DNA of 49,155 bases, taken from Nemertoderma westbladi. Taxonomy: Eukaryota; Animalia; Xenacoelomorpha. Shown piece after piece: positions 11,258 to 24,504 of the stretch (the stretch's first letter is position 1; each line of letters begins with the position of its first letter). Under the pieces are notes generated by a model. The model was not told the origin of the DNA, did not search any database, and was given only the letters and a program-made list of their open reading frames with translations. The position numbers and the translations under genes were made by a program. The stretch is from the NCBI GenBank assembly GCA_032718475.1, contig JAUCBJ010007573.1, positions 1 to 49,155 on the forward strand. The letters are read 5' to 3'.

Positions 11258-14200
11258 ATGCGTGGAAGACTTCTTAAACGATTGAACTTGAATTCCCTTG
11301 AACAATCCCTCCCATCTGGAACTTTTGACTCCATATTATTCGAAGAGTTTTCCGAAATCGTACCAAAGATTTTCAACCTTCCCAACACACCTGTCACGGC
11401 AGAGGAACTAGAAGAATGTCGAACCGCGCTTTTGGCACCGATGGAAGAATTTATTTGCTGTGGAAACCCATTGGAATATTTACAGGAATCAGCGAATCGT
11501 GGAAAGCAATCATATCTTTGTGGCAAAGTCTTCAAAAACGGCGAACCTACCTACTCGTGTCGCGATTGCGCCAGCGACCCTACTTGTGTGTTCTGCAACG
11601 AATGTTTCCATAACAGTTGCCACATAAAACACCGGTATCGAATGTCCACCTCTCAGGGCGGCGGTTTCTGTGACTGCGGCGACGAAGAAGCGTGGAAGAT
11701 GAGCCCTCGTTGCTCACTCCACTCGCAATCCCCATTGGATGAGTCCGCCATAAAGGCTGCGATGGACGCGCTCCCCACTGTCACGCACGCCCGCACTGTT
11801 GCTCTATTAAGGGCGACTCTCCACTACTCTTACCACCTCCTCATCTGGCAGGAACCAACAGAGATGCCTAGTTTCCTGAACTACGACGACACCCCGGAAT
11901 TATTCTGCACGATGCTGTTTAATGACGAGTCGCACACTTACGACGAAGTTATCGGTTCTTTAAAGAAGGCCGTGGGCGCGTCAACAAGCGAAGCGACAGC
12001 GTTCGCTGCTGTGGTTGACCGTGAAGGTCGCAGTTGCGTACGACACGGTGCATTCAAGGACTGCGAGGCATCCAGGATTACAATAACCAGGAGCACCTCG
12101 AGACATGGGATCTCGCCCTTAAAGACGCAAACAATGGACGTCAGGGTTGTCGCTCACCAAACATTCGCAACACTCCTAGTTAAATGGTATTGTGACTTTA
12201 TCTGCAGCTCCGAAGGATTCCGACTGCTTCTTTGTGAGGAACTCTTTAACATTAAATGCCTACCTTCCGCGATAATAGCTTCGACCCCTATCCAGGAATT
12301 CCCCCTTGTTGAGTCCCTTCTCCTGTCGGACACTAGTCTCTGGAAAGCATGTCGGGTCCAATGGCACAATCTATTCACCCAGAGTGTCTTCATGGATTCC
12401 GGGAATAAGCGTGAATTCGCCTTGAGTTTTGTGCGTCATTACGAGTCGATGCTGTCCGCCTTCTTTGCTGATGACCACGATCATTCAGTAAGCGCTACAT
12501 CCCTGTCGGTACAGCTGTTTACCGTGACCACTATCGCACATCGTTTAGTGGCGGATCACTCGGTGTTGTCCCGAGTACTCCGTGCGACCACCTGCGGTTT
12601 GTACGACTCCAATGATAAACTGTTAGATATTATCCCTCGAGCCACGCAAACCACCATTCCGCGCTACCATTATGGATTCAACGATCTCCGCTACTTGCTC
12701 CTTAAACCCCCCGCCTCGTGGGACGAGAATCTCACAGAAAGTTTTATTAATTTCTTCGATTTATTCGTCAAATTTGCTAGCAGTTTCCAGTACTATAAGG
12801 AGATGATCCGCCAGACTGGTCAGCATATCGAGATGGAACCCGAATGGGAAGGGAGCTTCTACCTGCAGAACTCTCTAACTTCAGTTGTTTCTCTACTTGT
12901 CCACTGGTGCTCCTCTAATCGTCGAGTTCTAAGGGAATCGTACAAAATCACGTTTGCCTCACTAACAGACTTTATGCGTCGAACTCCCCTGCCTTTAGTC
13001 GCTATCACACTCGGCCCTCAAACTACCGAGGTCTTCGAATACTCCGTATCGACTCAACCAGTAAGTTTCAACATCCCTTTGAACCGCCTAGCCTCCACTC
13101 TTCTCCTCCACTCCTCCGTGTCTTCCTCTCCCTTCCCCCTAGAAAGAGAGGAAGCCCTTCTACTGATAGAGGCTCCTCTCCGTCTACTCGTCACTGACTC
13201 TCAGATCCACGCAGCGATGTGGCGTCGCAATGGTATTTCGCTGCTTAACCAACAGTTTCTGTATCACTATGCTCGACGCCGATCGGAGACCTACGATCGA
13301 GATGTTCTCGCGATACAAATCGGCGCGGCAACACTCCCCCCTGACGACTTTCTAATCGCTGTGGTTAACCGATTCCAGTTGGTTTCCTGGTTCACTGCGG
13401 ATGACGCTGTTCTAGAACACCATCTACAGTGCACCACCACCATGGTAGAGGAGTTGTTCTTCCTGCTTATCGTGGTGCTCAGCGAACGTTTCACCGTTGG
13501 GCTTGGAGACGTCACAGATAACGAGTGCGTACGTCATGAAGTTGTTCATCATCTCTGTAAGGCGAATCTATCCCACGGGGATCTGGTTAAACTCATGCCG
13601 GAACACCGTGTCACTGAGGAGTCAGATAGTTTCGAGGAGGTTATCGATTCGGTGGCGGTGTTTAAACGCGCCTCATCCACCTCCAAGGGGCTCTACGAAC
13701 TGAAACCCGAGTTTCTGTCTGAGTTCAACGCGTTTTACTATCATTTTACTCGCGCGGAGATGTCTGACTCCGAGGAAGTTATGCGGAAGAAGCGGAAACT
13801 TTGCGACTCTTCGTCGCATCCGGGACCCCCGCGGTTCCCGCAGCTGCGGCCCGCGTTCGAGTCGTTGGTTCGCTTGTTGGATTCCGACGTGTTTATCTTC
13901 CTCGTCTCCGAGGTTGTCGGACGCGGCGGGGCGCGACGACCGACATCCGACGGGATTATCTACCGCGCGTTGCACCTTATCGGGATCGCGTTGCAGGAGG
14001 AGCGGCGTTTGTTCTCCTCCCGCGAATCTTCCGGACTCAACTTCGTGGAGAAGTCGACTCGCGGCGAGCCGTCACTGGAGGAGTTGCTGCGTAGGTTGGT
14101 GGCCGTCTCAACGGGTAAACATTACCTCGAGCTCCTATCCTGGGTCAATAGAACCTTCGCTGAAGTTAAGAAATCCAAATTCCCGGACGCGCAATGCGAG

Positions 14201-16444
14201 CTTCCGGATTTCCATAATCAATCGGAAGTTAATTCCGAAAAGGAGAAGGAAGCTAAAGAGAAGGCGAAGCGACGGCGGGAGAGAATCGTGGCCAATATGG
14301 GGAGAATGCAGAAAGAGTTTATGAATCAGAACAAGATGCCTCCGGAGATGAAAACCTCTTTGGTGAATGACAATCACTCTGGCTCAGGTTGTTCGTCTGG
14401 TTACAATGAACCCATCGCAAGTACGAGTTCAGTCCAGAAACCCAACAAGCCCAACTCAATGATCAATCAGGATCATATGGTAACGTGTTTACTTTGCCAA
14501 GAAGAGGAAAATCTATTGTCTACGGACCGCGCTATTGTGGTCCCTGTATTTATTCAGCCCTCCAATGTGCTGCTCAACCAGACGAGCCTCAGGAGCCAGG
14601 ATACTTTCCGCGAGGATTGGCTGTTGCGTAGCGACCTCGGTTATGGCACTCACATGTCTTCCTGTCAGCACACAATGCATTGGAACTGCTGGGAGAAGTA
14701 CTTCCTCGCTACACAGCAGTCGCGCGAGCAACGACGGCGTCGAATGTCGCTTAGTTACAGCATCTCTGATAAAGAGTTTCTCTGTCCGCTCTGTAAGTCT
14801 ATTGGAAACGCAGTGATGCCTATTGTTACCATGGAGGACATTACACCCATAAGTCCCCCGATGGAATGTGATGAATTGGATATAACGTACTCTGATTGGT
14901 TGGATCTAATATACAAGAATACTACAGACCCCAAAGAGTTCCCTGAAGAAACGATCCCTCCCGGGTCCGTTGGCTCGCGGTTCTCGCGGATATATGAGGA
15001 CGTTGAAACTGGTCACCTGACCCAGAGTCACGTTGCCATGGCAGCACGTCTCTCCCATGCGTGTCACAAGGTGTCTCTTAAATACAACGCGAACCAACGC
15101 AAAGTTATTTTGTTAGGGGACTCTGTTAACGATCGCGCTATCTGCCTATGGAAATGTTGCGCTTTCTCGATTCAATCATTTTACTCATACATCCTTTCAG
15201 AAGGAATTCAATTGGCTGATTGTTCGCAGGATCGACAGTATCAAGGGTTGGTGAACCTAATAAGGTGTTCCAGGGCCATCCTCAGCCAATGCAAAGCCTT
15301 GGAATTACGGCGTTTCTACGGTTGCGTATTGGATACATGTATTTATAAGAAATGGGAATATGACGTTCTAGACTTCGATCTGTTTGGTTATTTGGTCCTG
15401 CTGTTGTTTCTTTCGCACGGGGTCTCAAGGAGTGGAGCGGCAGGAAACGGCGTCGCATCTGTCTGTATCCATGGTTCCGGGATCAACCAAACGTACACGA
15501 TTCGTTCCGTGTTCCAGATGTACGTTGTCCAGTGCTTACTGACCGTGTTATACGAACCCAAATGTATGAGGAACGCCGATCCCATCCCCGATCTCGACTC
15601 GGAAAACTCGCTCGTTGTTGCCTCAGTTGTGGAACGTTTGGTCCGCGATTACGGATGTCCTTCTCGGGACATCGATAACTCCCAACTTTACCTCCACCTC
15701 ATAATATCATCTTTACCCTTCCTAAACTGCGCCGCCTTGTTCCTCCATTTCTTCAACGGAACTCCTCTCCCCTCCGCCAACCCAGACGGTCTAGAATCCG
15801 AGTTCAACGGTTTATGTGCCTATCTCTCGATCCCGAGCCGGTTATCTATAATTCTAGCCGACTTTCCAGACTCGCCACTCGGTGTGACTGTTACCCCATG
15901 GTCGCGTTTAGTAACTCGGTGGTTCCGAGAAGTTCCGATGCTCACGTATCCGCTTTCCTCGCGTCGGCTTGTGGAACTCCCAGATGATTTCTCCGAACTA
16001 ATCGCACTCGCGGCAGAGTTTAGCTGTCCATCCTCGTCGGACACTCGCAATCCGGCTATGTGCCTTATATGCGGTGAGATGGTCTGCAGTCAGAGTTACT
16101 GCTGTCAGACTGAGTTGGATGGGGAGCGCGTCGGCGGTTGCGTGGCCCACGCAAGTCGCTGTGGACTCAACGTGGGCGTCTTCCTCCGAGTCCGGCAGTG
16201 CCAAGTGTTGTTGCTTACCGGTTTCTCCGGTAGACGGCGAACCACCGGGGCGTTCTATCTCGCTCCATACGTCGACGCATACGGGGAAGTCGACCCAGAG
16301 TTATCCCGCGGGAATCCGTTGCAACTCAACCGCGATCTGTACGCGCGACTACAGCGGATGTGGTTGAGCCACGGTGTTCCCATGGAAATACATCGTCGCA
16401 TAGAAGCGAGTAGCAACATATTGTTTGAATGGCAGCACGTGTAG
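11258..16444 (+). CDS. UBR1/UBR2: E3 ubiquitin ligase UBR1/UBR2 family (N-recognin), uninterrupted 1728-aa ORF
   Basis: UBR box (CGKVFKNGEPTYSCRDC..GGGFCDCGD), ClpS-like domain (LFNDESHTYDEVI), ALSFVRHY..DDHDH..SLSVQLFTV, MWRRNG, RING-H2 (CLLCQEE..SCQHTMHWNCW..FLCPLCK) and C-terminal CLICG..CSQSYCCQ..PYVDAYGE. The start codon is not verified. Confidence 0.97.
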   Translation: MRGRLLKRLNLNSLEQSLPSGTFDSILFEEFSEIVPKIFNLPNTPVTAEELEECRTALLAPMEEFICCGNPLEYLQESANRGKQSYLCGKVFKNGEPTYSCRDCASDPTCVFCNECFHNSCHIKHRYRMSTSQGGGFCDCGDEEAWKMSPRCSLHSQSPLDESAIKAAMDALPTVTHARTVALLRATLHYSYHLLIWQEPTEMPSFLNYDDTPELFCTMLFNDESHTYDEVIGSLKKAVGASTSEATAFAAVVDREGRSCVRHGAFKDCEASRITITRSTSRHGISPLKTQTMDVRVVAHQTFATLLVKWYCDFICSSEGFRLLLCEELFNIKCLPSAIIASTPIQEFPLVESLLLSDTSLWKACRVQWHNLFTQSVFMDSGNKREFALSFVRHYESMLSAFFADDHDHSVSATSLSVQLFTVTTIAHRLVADHSVLSRVLRATTCGLYDSNDKLLDIIPRATQTTIPRYHYGFNDLRYLLLKPPASWDENLTESFINFFDLFVKFASSFQYYKEMIRQTGQHIEMEPEWEGSFYLQNSLTSVVSLLVHWCSSNRRVLRESYKITFASLTDFMRRTPLPLVAITLGPQTTEVFEYSVSTQPVSFNIPLNRLASTLLLHSSVSSSPFPLEREEALLLIEAPLRLLVTDSQIHAAMWRRNGISLLNQQFLYHYARRRSETYDRDVLAIQIGAATLPPDDFLIAVVNRFQLVSWFTADDAVLEHHLQCTTTMVEELFFLLIVVLSERFTVGLGDVTDNECVRHEVVHHLCKANLSHGDLVKLMPEHRVTEESDSFEEVIDSVAVFKRASSTSKGLYELKPEFLSEFNAFYYHFTRAEMSDSEEVMRKKRKLCDSSSHPGPPRFPQLRPAFESLVRLLDSDVFIFLVSEVVGRGGARRPTSDGIIYRALHLIGIALQEERRLFSSRESSGLNFVEKSTRGEPSLEELLRRLVAVSTGKHYLELLSWVNRTFAEVKKSKFPDAQCELPDFHNQSEVNSEKEKEAKEKAKRRRERIVANMGRMQKEFMNQNKMPPEMKTSLVNDNHSGSGCSSGYNEPIASTSSVQKPNKPNSMINQDHMVTCLLCQEEENLLSTDRAIVVPVFIQPSNVLLNQTSLRSQDTFREDWLLRSDLGYGTHMSSCQHTMHWNCWEKYFLATQQSREQRRRRMSLSYSISDKEFLCPLCKSIGNAVMPIVTMEDITPISPPMECDELDITYSDWLDLIYKNTTDPKEFPEETIPPGSVGSRFSRIYEDVETGHLTQSHVAMAARLSHACHKVSLKYNANQRKVILLGDSVNDRAICLWKCCAFSIQSFYSYILSEGIQLADCSQDRQYQGLVNLIRCSRAILSQCKALELRRFYGCVLDTCIYKKWEYDVLDFDLFGYLVLLLFLSHGVSRSGAAGNGVASVCIHGSGINQTYTIRSVFQMYVVQCLLTVLYEPKCMRNADPIPDLDSENSLVVASVVERLVRDYGCPSRDIDNSQLYLHLIISSLPFLNCAALFLHFFNGTPLPSANPDGLESEFNGLCAYLSIPSRLSIILADFPDSPLGVTVTPWSRLVTRWFREVPMLTYPLSSRRLVELPDDFSELIALAAEFSCPSSSDTRNPAMCLICGEMVCSQSYCCQTELDGERVGGCVAHASRCGLNVGVFLRVRQCQVLLLTGFSGRRRTTGAFYLAPYVDAYGEVDPELSRGNPLQLNRDLYARLQRMWLSHGVPMEIHRRIEASSNILFEWQHV

Positions 16445-17425
16445 AGTGATAACAGCACTAAATGTAGGGCATTCCACTTCAATTCATCCTGTAACATCCT
16501 CTGATTGATTATATTTTAAACTTTTATCCAAAAATTTGAATTTATTAAAAAATTGTCATGCTTCAAAGTTTGATACTATTTGTGAACCTTAACTGTCATA
16601 TGAGTTCACTAAATATTAGTTTCATCAATTTTTCCAGCGGAATCTCGATATCTCTATGGCAACTAAACACCTTTCTTTACGTGTAACTTTTGGTTCGGAG
16701 GCCGAAATATTAGCTTAGAACCTTGACAAAATAAAGTCTAAGTGTGATTAGCCTATCGCTACGTAACTTTCTGAGTCTACTTTTATAAAATTTTGGTAAA
16801 TAATAAGGTTCTCCCTACCGAACACAATAAGCAAGAAAATTTTTCTACAAGATTAATCTATATGTTTTCTATTTGAACCTAAAACCTCGCTTTTTCATAC
16901 TTCTTCATTGGTGAAAATATGGTATGCTATTAAATCATATAGTTGCAGGGGGGGGGGGGGGGCTCTTCATCCCTCTCAATGGGAAAATCGACGCAATTTT
17001 ATCTCAAAAATATAATTATTACCTGTTTTATTGACTTTGTTATATTGTTTTGGTTATAATACCGTGCCACTGTAACCTGCTCCTTTCCTAATTGATAATT
17101 TAAAATTATCATGCAGACGAGATATTAATTCGCCATGATGTGATTTGCTTCCATATCACCCCCCCCCCCCCCCCCCCCCCCCATCACCTCTCTTTCTCTC
17201 TATTAAATAAACGGAATGTTACGAATATTATATAAGCTGTTTGTAAATTAACTAAACTACTCATTATTACGTTTGGTGCAAATTTAAAAAAAAATAGCGT
17301 GGGTGGAACCGGTGCGTGTCTAATATACTAGTATAAATTATCGTGGGTGTTAGTAATACAACATTACTAATATTATATAATTATACGAAAGTAACGACTT
17401 TTTAAGTGGGATGGGGGGGGGGGGG

Positions 17426-18154
17426 GGGTGGCATAACGAAACGAAACGAGACGAAGCATTTTGGCAATAACGAAACAAAAAAATGTTAAACGAAACGAAA
17501 AACTAAATAAAAATGTATGCAAATAACGAAACGAAATAATAAGTGTTTCGTTTCGTTAAATCACAAATTATTTAATCATTATGATAAAAATTTAATAATA
17601 TATAAAAATAATTGAAAAATTACATTTAATTAATACAGATATTCTCAATAATCGTGGTATGTAAACAGACTAAATAATTTCCTTCAATACAGCTCAACCT
17701 TTATGCCAACCAGTTCCCGGCACCCTTGCAATGCAACAGCCGAGGGCAGATTACAGAAGAACTGTAATAAGGCACTAAGGCAATACTGATAGAAATTGCT
17801 TGTAACAAACAATACAATAGAGCAACTGGTATTTCACCTGCCGGGACGTTACGTGTACATTATGGAAAACTCAAAGGCTGCAAGACCTACCGCAAAAAGT
17901 CGCCTGGAGTCAACACCTGAATATTGACCACTTTATACTATATTGTACTACATTACACTACAATATCAAGGAGTTGTGATGGAGGTGGGGTGGGGGGTTA
18001 TATTTAAAACTTTTATTTGATATAAAAAAAAAGTTTGAAAAACGAATTTAAAATGTATGAAACGAAACGAAAATTGTATAGAAACGAAACGAATATTTGA
18101 TCAGGTTGGTAAAAACGAAACGAATTTGAAATTACTTTCGTTATGCCATCCCTG
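17426..18154. mobile_element. hAT-like MITE with AACGA subterminal repeats
   Basis: GGGTGGCATAACGAAA on the left pairs with TTTCGTTATGCCATCCCTG on the right. Poly-G lies on both flanks. Confidence 0.7.
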
Positions 18155-19499
18155 GGGGGGGGGGGGGGGGGGATTAACAACGTTAATTATAATATTATTC
18201 TGTATATATAAAATATATATTATTTATTATTTTAAATATTATTAAGGGAGAGAAGCAAGTTTCATTTTCATTAAATTTCTAATAATAATTGAAGGATAAT
18301 ACACAGTTTCATTTTTGTTTGTAATCTGCAGTTATTATTTTTTTAAACTTAGAGATAATTATATTGTAACTGTGGTAGGTAATTGTTTACTTGTTATCCG
18401 CGTGTTGAATGTGAATTTTACGACGTGACGTTATTTGAAATCTTCATATTGTAGTCAATTTAACTTATTACACTCACATAGAGCTTCTTTTTTTATATAA
18501 TTCACCAGAAATTATAATTAACAACACATATTATAACTTATTCGGCGCATTCATTGTTTCGTGTATTGGAAGTTAATATTGATATCCAGTTGGAAGTGAA
18601 TATCTCAGTTTAAATAAACGAAACGGTCTTTCATAATTAAATAACTTTAGCTACCTATAAAAATACAAATTTTTATTCAAATAGATAGATAATCCAACTT
18701 GTTTATGTGGGTCGAGAACATAAGGGTACCACTATCTCAACCTCATGTATGTTTATCGGTATAATCTTTCAAAGCTTATTATTTATCAGGAACTATCGAC
18801 AGTGTGTCCTGCATTTTCTTGGTCCGCCGCCATGAGGCGCTAAATATCACTTAGTTTAGGCTTAATAACTTTTAAACTGCATCAATTTTGAAGAAACTCT
18901 CACATAATTAGTTATAGAAAGTTCTTAATAATTCAATGCGACAGATTCTAATGTCCCGCAATTTCATGGCCCAATATATACAGTACGACGTTGCATGTTT
19001 CAAAGGGGTTGCGTGTAATAGGAAATCAAGGCAGACGTTCGTGGAGCCTTCGCGCAACACGAGGCTCAGTTATTACAATTATTTTTTAATTAAAAGACAA
19101 ATTAAAATTATTTAAGAGACTCTATCACCCCTAAAATCTGTATTTAAGAAATTTAACCAAACCGCCAAAAGAAAGTGTTATCCAATCCAGCAATCAGAGG
19201 CCAGTCGAACAGATATCCCGGTATGGGACCTGACCTACCTGCCCCAGTAGCACACGCACGTTTAGAATAGTTGTAATAACGTGCATAACGTTGTTCTGAT
19301 AATGTTCACTAATAAAATCACGTTTATCTAGTAAGGAAAGGATTTGGTCCGAACTCCTATTGAACGGCTTAATATTGTTTTGATCAGGTTGAATAATGGT
19401 TCCTTTCAACGTTCATAATTTTTGGTTTGAACTGTGCTTGAACTTAATGAGTATTACAAATATATAATTTCGAACGAATATTTAACCACTGCTGAATGA

Positions 19500-21090
19500 A
19501 TAGGCTGTCAATCATTCACTATTAAATGATATTAAATTAAGACCAATCGTGCCAGTTGAGTAGATGGTGTTCCCCCTGGGGTCTTTAAAATACCTGAGTG
19601 TTTAAAGCTCATCTATCCCATCATAGTAGACATGTACCGAACAACAAGAGTCCCACAAGAAATGAAAACAAATAAGTTGGTGCCAGTTCCCAAGAAAGGC
19701 AACCTAACACTCTATGGTTCTTTTCGGGGAATCTCATTGATCTCGATTGCTGCGAAGCTATACAATAGAATTCTATTAAATCGCATCAGGGATCCCATAG
19801 AGAGACTGCTCCGTGGAAATCAGAATGGGTTCCGTAAAGGTCGTGGGACCATGGAGCCCATTTTGGCACTTAGAAGGATAATTGAAGAGTTATCAAAAAA
19901 GAAAGACAGGCGGCATCTGGCTGTTATCTTTGTTGACTTCTTCAAGGCCTTTGATTCAGTCTCTCGCTCACGTATGTTCAGCATACTTTCATTATATGGG
20001 ATTCCTGATGAAATTATTGCAGCAATCAGATCAGTATACGATGGTTCGACAACATTTGTGTCTACTGTTGACGGTGACACAGAACCATTTTAAGTGTTAT
20101 GGGGCGTCCTCCAGGGAGACACACTTGCACCATTCTTGTTCATAATTGTTGTTGACTATGTTCTACGCATGTCCTTAGATCATCATAATGATGATGGGGT
20201 GATGATAACTTTACCTACTGGCTCCAGGTGTCGAGGAAATCCTGCCAAGTACCTAACTGATCTAGACTTTGCTGATGACTTAAGAGTACTCTCAGAATCA
20301 TTAGAGGGATCCCAACGGCTCCTCAGCTCATTAGAACATGCTGCTTCTAGTGTTGGTCTTTTTATTAACTCCAGAAAGACCAAAATTTTGACAGTTAACT
20401 TTGAAAGTCCTCAGCAAGACTCTGATCGGATGAGCATAAGCTCAAAAGATGGTATGCTTGAGCATGTGGATAACTTCTGTTACCTGGGATCATGGATCCG
20501 GAAGTCAGGTGAGGGAGGACCTTCGAATACGTAAGGGAAAGGCATGGGCAGCCTTGAATAGGCTTTCCAGGATTTGGAAGTCAACGAGAATTAATCGGAA
20601 ACTTAAGGTCCGATTATTTAGAGCTGCAGTTAGTTCCAGTACTCCTCTATGGGAGTCCATGCTGGGCTCTAACTGCTGAGGACACCAAATCTCTGGATGG
20701 CACATTCACAAGAATGCTACGCCGGGTTCGTTGTGTCAAGTACAATGCACACATCTCCAACCAGACACTATATAACATTGGAGGTGTCTCACTGGTTCCC
20801 GCAAGCTTGACACTAGAACAAAATCGCCTCCGCTTTGCAGGACATTGCTTTCGCCGTGAGGACCAGCCAGTGCATAATCTTGTACTTTGGCAGCCTCATG
20901 CAATGAATAAGCATGGTGGACAGCCCATGACTTTCTTGAGACGCATCTTAAAGGACACTGGCCTTGAAGATGCGGATGATCTAGAAAATGTCATGGGTGA
21001 TAGGGAGTTGTGGCGGTGCAATTTTGTCGATAAGCCGGCACAGCATTCTTAAAAATGCAGCTGCAATGCAGCATGCCGATCCTAGTAGTA
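19500..21090 (+). mobile_element. Degenerate 5'-truncated RTE-clade LINE (RT)
   Basis: PVPKKGNL..FRGISL..QNGFRKGRGT..FVDFFKAFDS, GVLQGDTLAPFLF, DLDFADDL and RLRFAGHCFR, with stops and frameshifts and a TAGTAG tail. Confidence 0.9.
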
Positions 21091-21282
21091 AATGATAATA
21101 TACTGTAAGTTCACTTATCGTGCAAGGACGGATATGATTAGAACAAGAACCGCCATGGTAAAATGCCCCCTAACACAATCTAACACGTCTAACCACCTCC
21201 GCTTTACATACTTTTTATTTATTTACATGTTATTAATTATTTTATTTATAGATCAGATAAGATGTCTGATTTCCGATCACAC

Positions 21283-21812
21283 AGAATTAATCGGAAACTT
21301 AATGTCCTATTATTTAGAGCAGCAGTAGTTCCAGTACTCCTCTATGGGAGTCCATGCTGGGCTCTAAACCGCTAATGACACCATATCTCTGGATGGCACA
21401 TTAACAAGAATGCTACGCCGGGTTCATTGTGTCAAGTACAATACACAGATCTCCAACCACACACTATATAATATTGTAGGTGTCTCATTGGTTCCCCCAA
21501 GCTTGACACTAGAACAAAGTCGCCTCCGCTTTGCAGGACATTGTTTTCGCATTGTTTACAGCCCACATGACTTTCGTGAAACGCCTCCTAAAGGACACTG
21601 GCCTTGAAGATGCAGATAATCTCGTGAAGGTCATGGGGCTAGGGAGTTGTGGCAGTGCAACTTCGTTGATAAGCCGCCACAGCATTCTTAATGCATGCTG
21701 CATTGGGCTTGCCAATTGTGGATTACATGGTTGGTGACAAAATGTTTTTAAGCTGGCATAGCATCTCAATGTGCAGTTTCAATGCAGCAGGCTGATTATA
21801 CAGTAGTAGTAC
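21283..21812 (+). mobile_element. Second, shorter 3' copy of the same RTE family
   Basis: Near copy of 20587-21050 plus 3' UTR, ending in agtagtagta. Confidence 0.85.
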
Positions 21813-21913
21813 ACGTAGTTAGATATCTATGCTTGTATGATGTTTTTACACAATTTTTACACTTATCTATTTTATTAGTTTGTGCATCCATTAAGCATGT
21901 AAAAATATGCTTT

Positions 21914-24390
21914 TATCAATCAATCAATCAAATTATATTAATTTAGCGCTAAAAACTTAAATTTAAAATTATACACTAAGCGCTGCAACTTTCGAGTTAA
22001 CAATGACATTACAAGAAGTAGTTCACAATTAATTAATCCTAATAATTAAAATACTTAAAACAAGGAAGGCAAATTAAAATAGTTCGGTAAAAATAAGTAA
22101 TATATATTTACATCATTGTGTGGAAGCAAGGCAGTTCGAAGTAAAAATAATGAAGTTAATTGAAAGCACTAAAACGTAGCAAGGCGAATTAAGAAATTAA
22201 GATACTTCGGTAGAAATAACGTATTTAATTAAAAGTAAGTTAATTAAGATGGGGTTGGAAACGCTTTATCGAATAAATGAGTGTTGAGGTTCTTCTTAAA
22301 TATTTCAATAGATGTTGCGGCACGTATTTTAGTTGGTAATTTATTCCACAATGTAGGTCCCGATACTGCGAAGGCGCGCTCACCGAGCGTTCTGTGTTTA
22401 TACGTAGGAATTTCCAGCGTCACAGTATTTCCAGAACGGCTGTTATATGGATTCGTGTATATGGTGGTTAATTCTTGGATATAATCTGGGGATTGACCAT
22501 TAACTGACTTGTATACTAGCAACAGTATTTTAAACTCAATGCGTTATCTTACAGACAACCAGTGAAGCCGTTTTAGAATCGGTGTGATATGATCATACTT
22601 TTGTATACGGGTCACGAGACGGGCAGCCATATTCTGCAATCGTTGTAATCGATCTAATTGATATTCAGCGATGCCATAGTAAAGTGAATTACAGTAATCC
22701 AAACAACTTGATATCAAGGAATGAACTAGCTTTTCTGCTGCCGATTGTGTAAGATATGGCCGTATTTTCCGAAGATTCTTAAGTGATATGATACACCACT
22801 AGATGTTCGACTAACGAAAGTTTCCATTGACATTGTTGAGTCAAAATAGGCACCCAAATTTTGAACATTTTTCATTGGTTCAGTACTATGATTGCCGACT
22901 TTGATTGCGTTGATATTAACTTTGGCTAACTGCTGTTTGGTCCCAATTATTAGAAACTCAGTTTTGTCATCGTTTATTTTTAGCCAGTTATTTATAAGCT
23001 AACATCGTATCTCAATTATACATTGTTCGACAGCTGTTAGAGCCGCGTGTTCGGAGAAATCACAGTTCGGTTTGAAAGACAGGTATAATTGTTTGTCGTC
23101 AGCAAATCCATGAACGTTGGGCAAATGTTTAGCGACAATCTCGTATACGACATTAACGTAAATGATGAACAAAATACACTCCAAACAAGATCCTTGTGGA
23201 AAACCGAAACGTAACTGAACTTTCCGAGAGAAAACCCCATCAACCATTAACACGCATACACCTATCACCGAGAAATGAAGTGAACCACTTGTGCGCGACA
23301 TCATCGATTTTAAACTTTGACCGCAATGTGTTTAACAGTACTGTACGATCAACTGTATCGAATGCAGCGCTCAAATCGAGTAGTACAAATAGGGTAACCT
23401 TCTGTTTATCCATTGATGCCATTAGGATGTCGGAATGCACACGAGTTAGGGTTGTTTCAGTACTGTGGTAAGGTCTGTACGCTGATTGGTTGTATGGAAG
23501 TTGGGGCGTGATAGGAGGCATGGTATCTTCGGAAACCGCACGTTCTGTTAGTTTAGACAAAAATGATAGACCACTAACGGGTCGGAAGTTCGGGAATAGT
23601 TTCGGATCGAGTTTGAGTTTCTTAAGAATTGGTGTTATAATAGCTTCAAGCCACTGTTCCGGAAACACGCCATTTTCCAAAGATTTATTCACTATTTCAG
23701 TTATTATTGGGAGGAGGAGGTCAATCACCTCTTTCAACAGCCACGTTGGAAGCGGGTCAAAATCGCACTGCTTATTAGGTGATTTCATAATGAGTCTCCT
23801 TATTTCATCTGAAGTAAGTTTAGAAAATCTCGAAAATGTTGATGAAGTTGTGTTTCCAAGTTCAGGTTGGTTGTTATGATTGCTATTTACAGTATGTTAG
23901 ATATAGTGGCTTGCTGTATAGATATTTCATCTCGAATCTTGTCAATCTTTTCAATGAAGAAGTTTGCAAAGGAATCAGACAATGTGTAGTCAGGTTGTGG
24001 GTCAGGGTATTCAGTTTTTTTTAATGGTATTGTTAAAGATTTTACCAGTGAAAATAGTTTTCTTTGATCGCCATTACACCCATCAACTTTACCAATGTAA
24101 TATTTCCTTTGCGATGCTTTTAATTCTTTGCTGTATGTATTTCGAGCGTTTATGTATGCAGAATGGGTCTCTTCAGTGCAATGTGATCGCCATTTTCGTT
24201 CCGCTGAACGCCGTAACCGTTTAAGTTGGCGCAATTCAGGAGTATACCACGGTGATGAGGTTTTACTTTTCAATATCTTTGTTTTTAATGGTGCATGTTT
24301 GTCCATTATCTCTGATAGTTTGGAATTGTAAAATAAACCTAGTTCAGGAGTGCTCATATTTTTCAATATATCCTGCAATAGTTCAGTTCG
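21914..24390 (-). mobile_element. Degenerate L2-clade LINE
   Basis: PWYTPEL, DPLPTWLLK, NFRPVSGL, NQSAYR..HSTET, LLDLSAAFDTVD, GFADD.QLY and RAFAVSGPTLWNKLP. The 3' UTR has paired AGCGCT motifs and a (TTGA)n tail. Confidence 0.9.
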
Positions 24391-24504
24391 TTTGATTTTA
24401 TTATATTCATTTTCATTTTATTCATTTTATTATAATGATTATATTTATTATTATGTTTTATTAAAGAATTATATAGGGCCGCTAATACATATACTGTATT
24501 TACA

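Noticed and set aside
16948-18172. Cluster of poly-G and poly-C tracts as a distinct element
   Set aside because: Homopolymers also occur elsewhere in the window and their lengths are prone to sequencing error. No further structure was seen.
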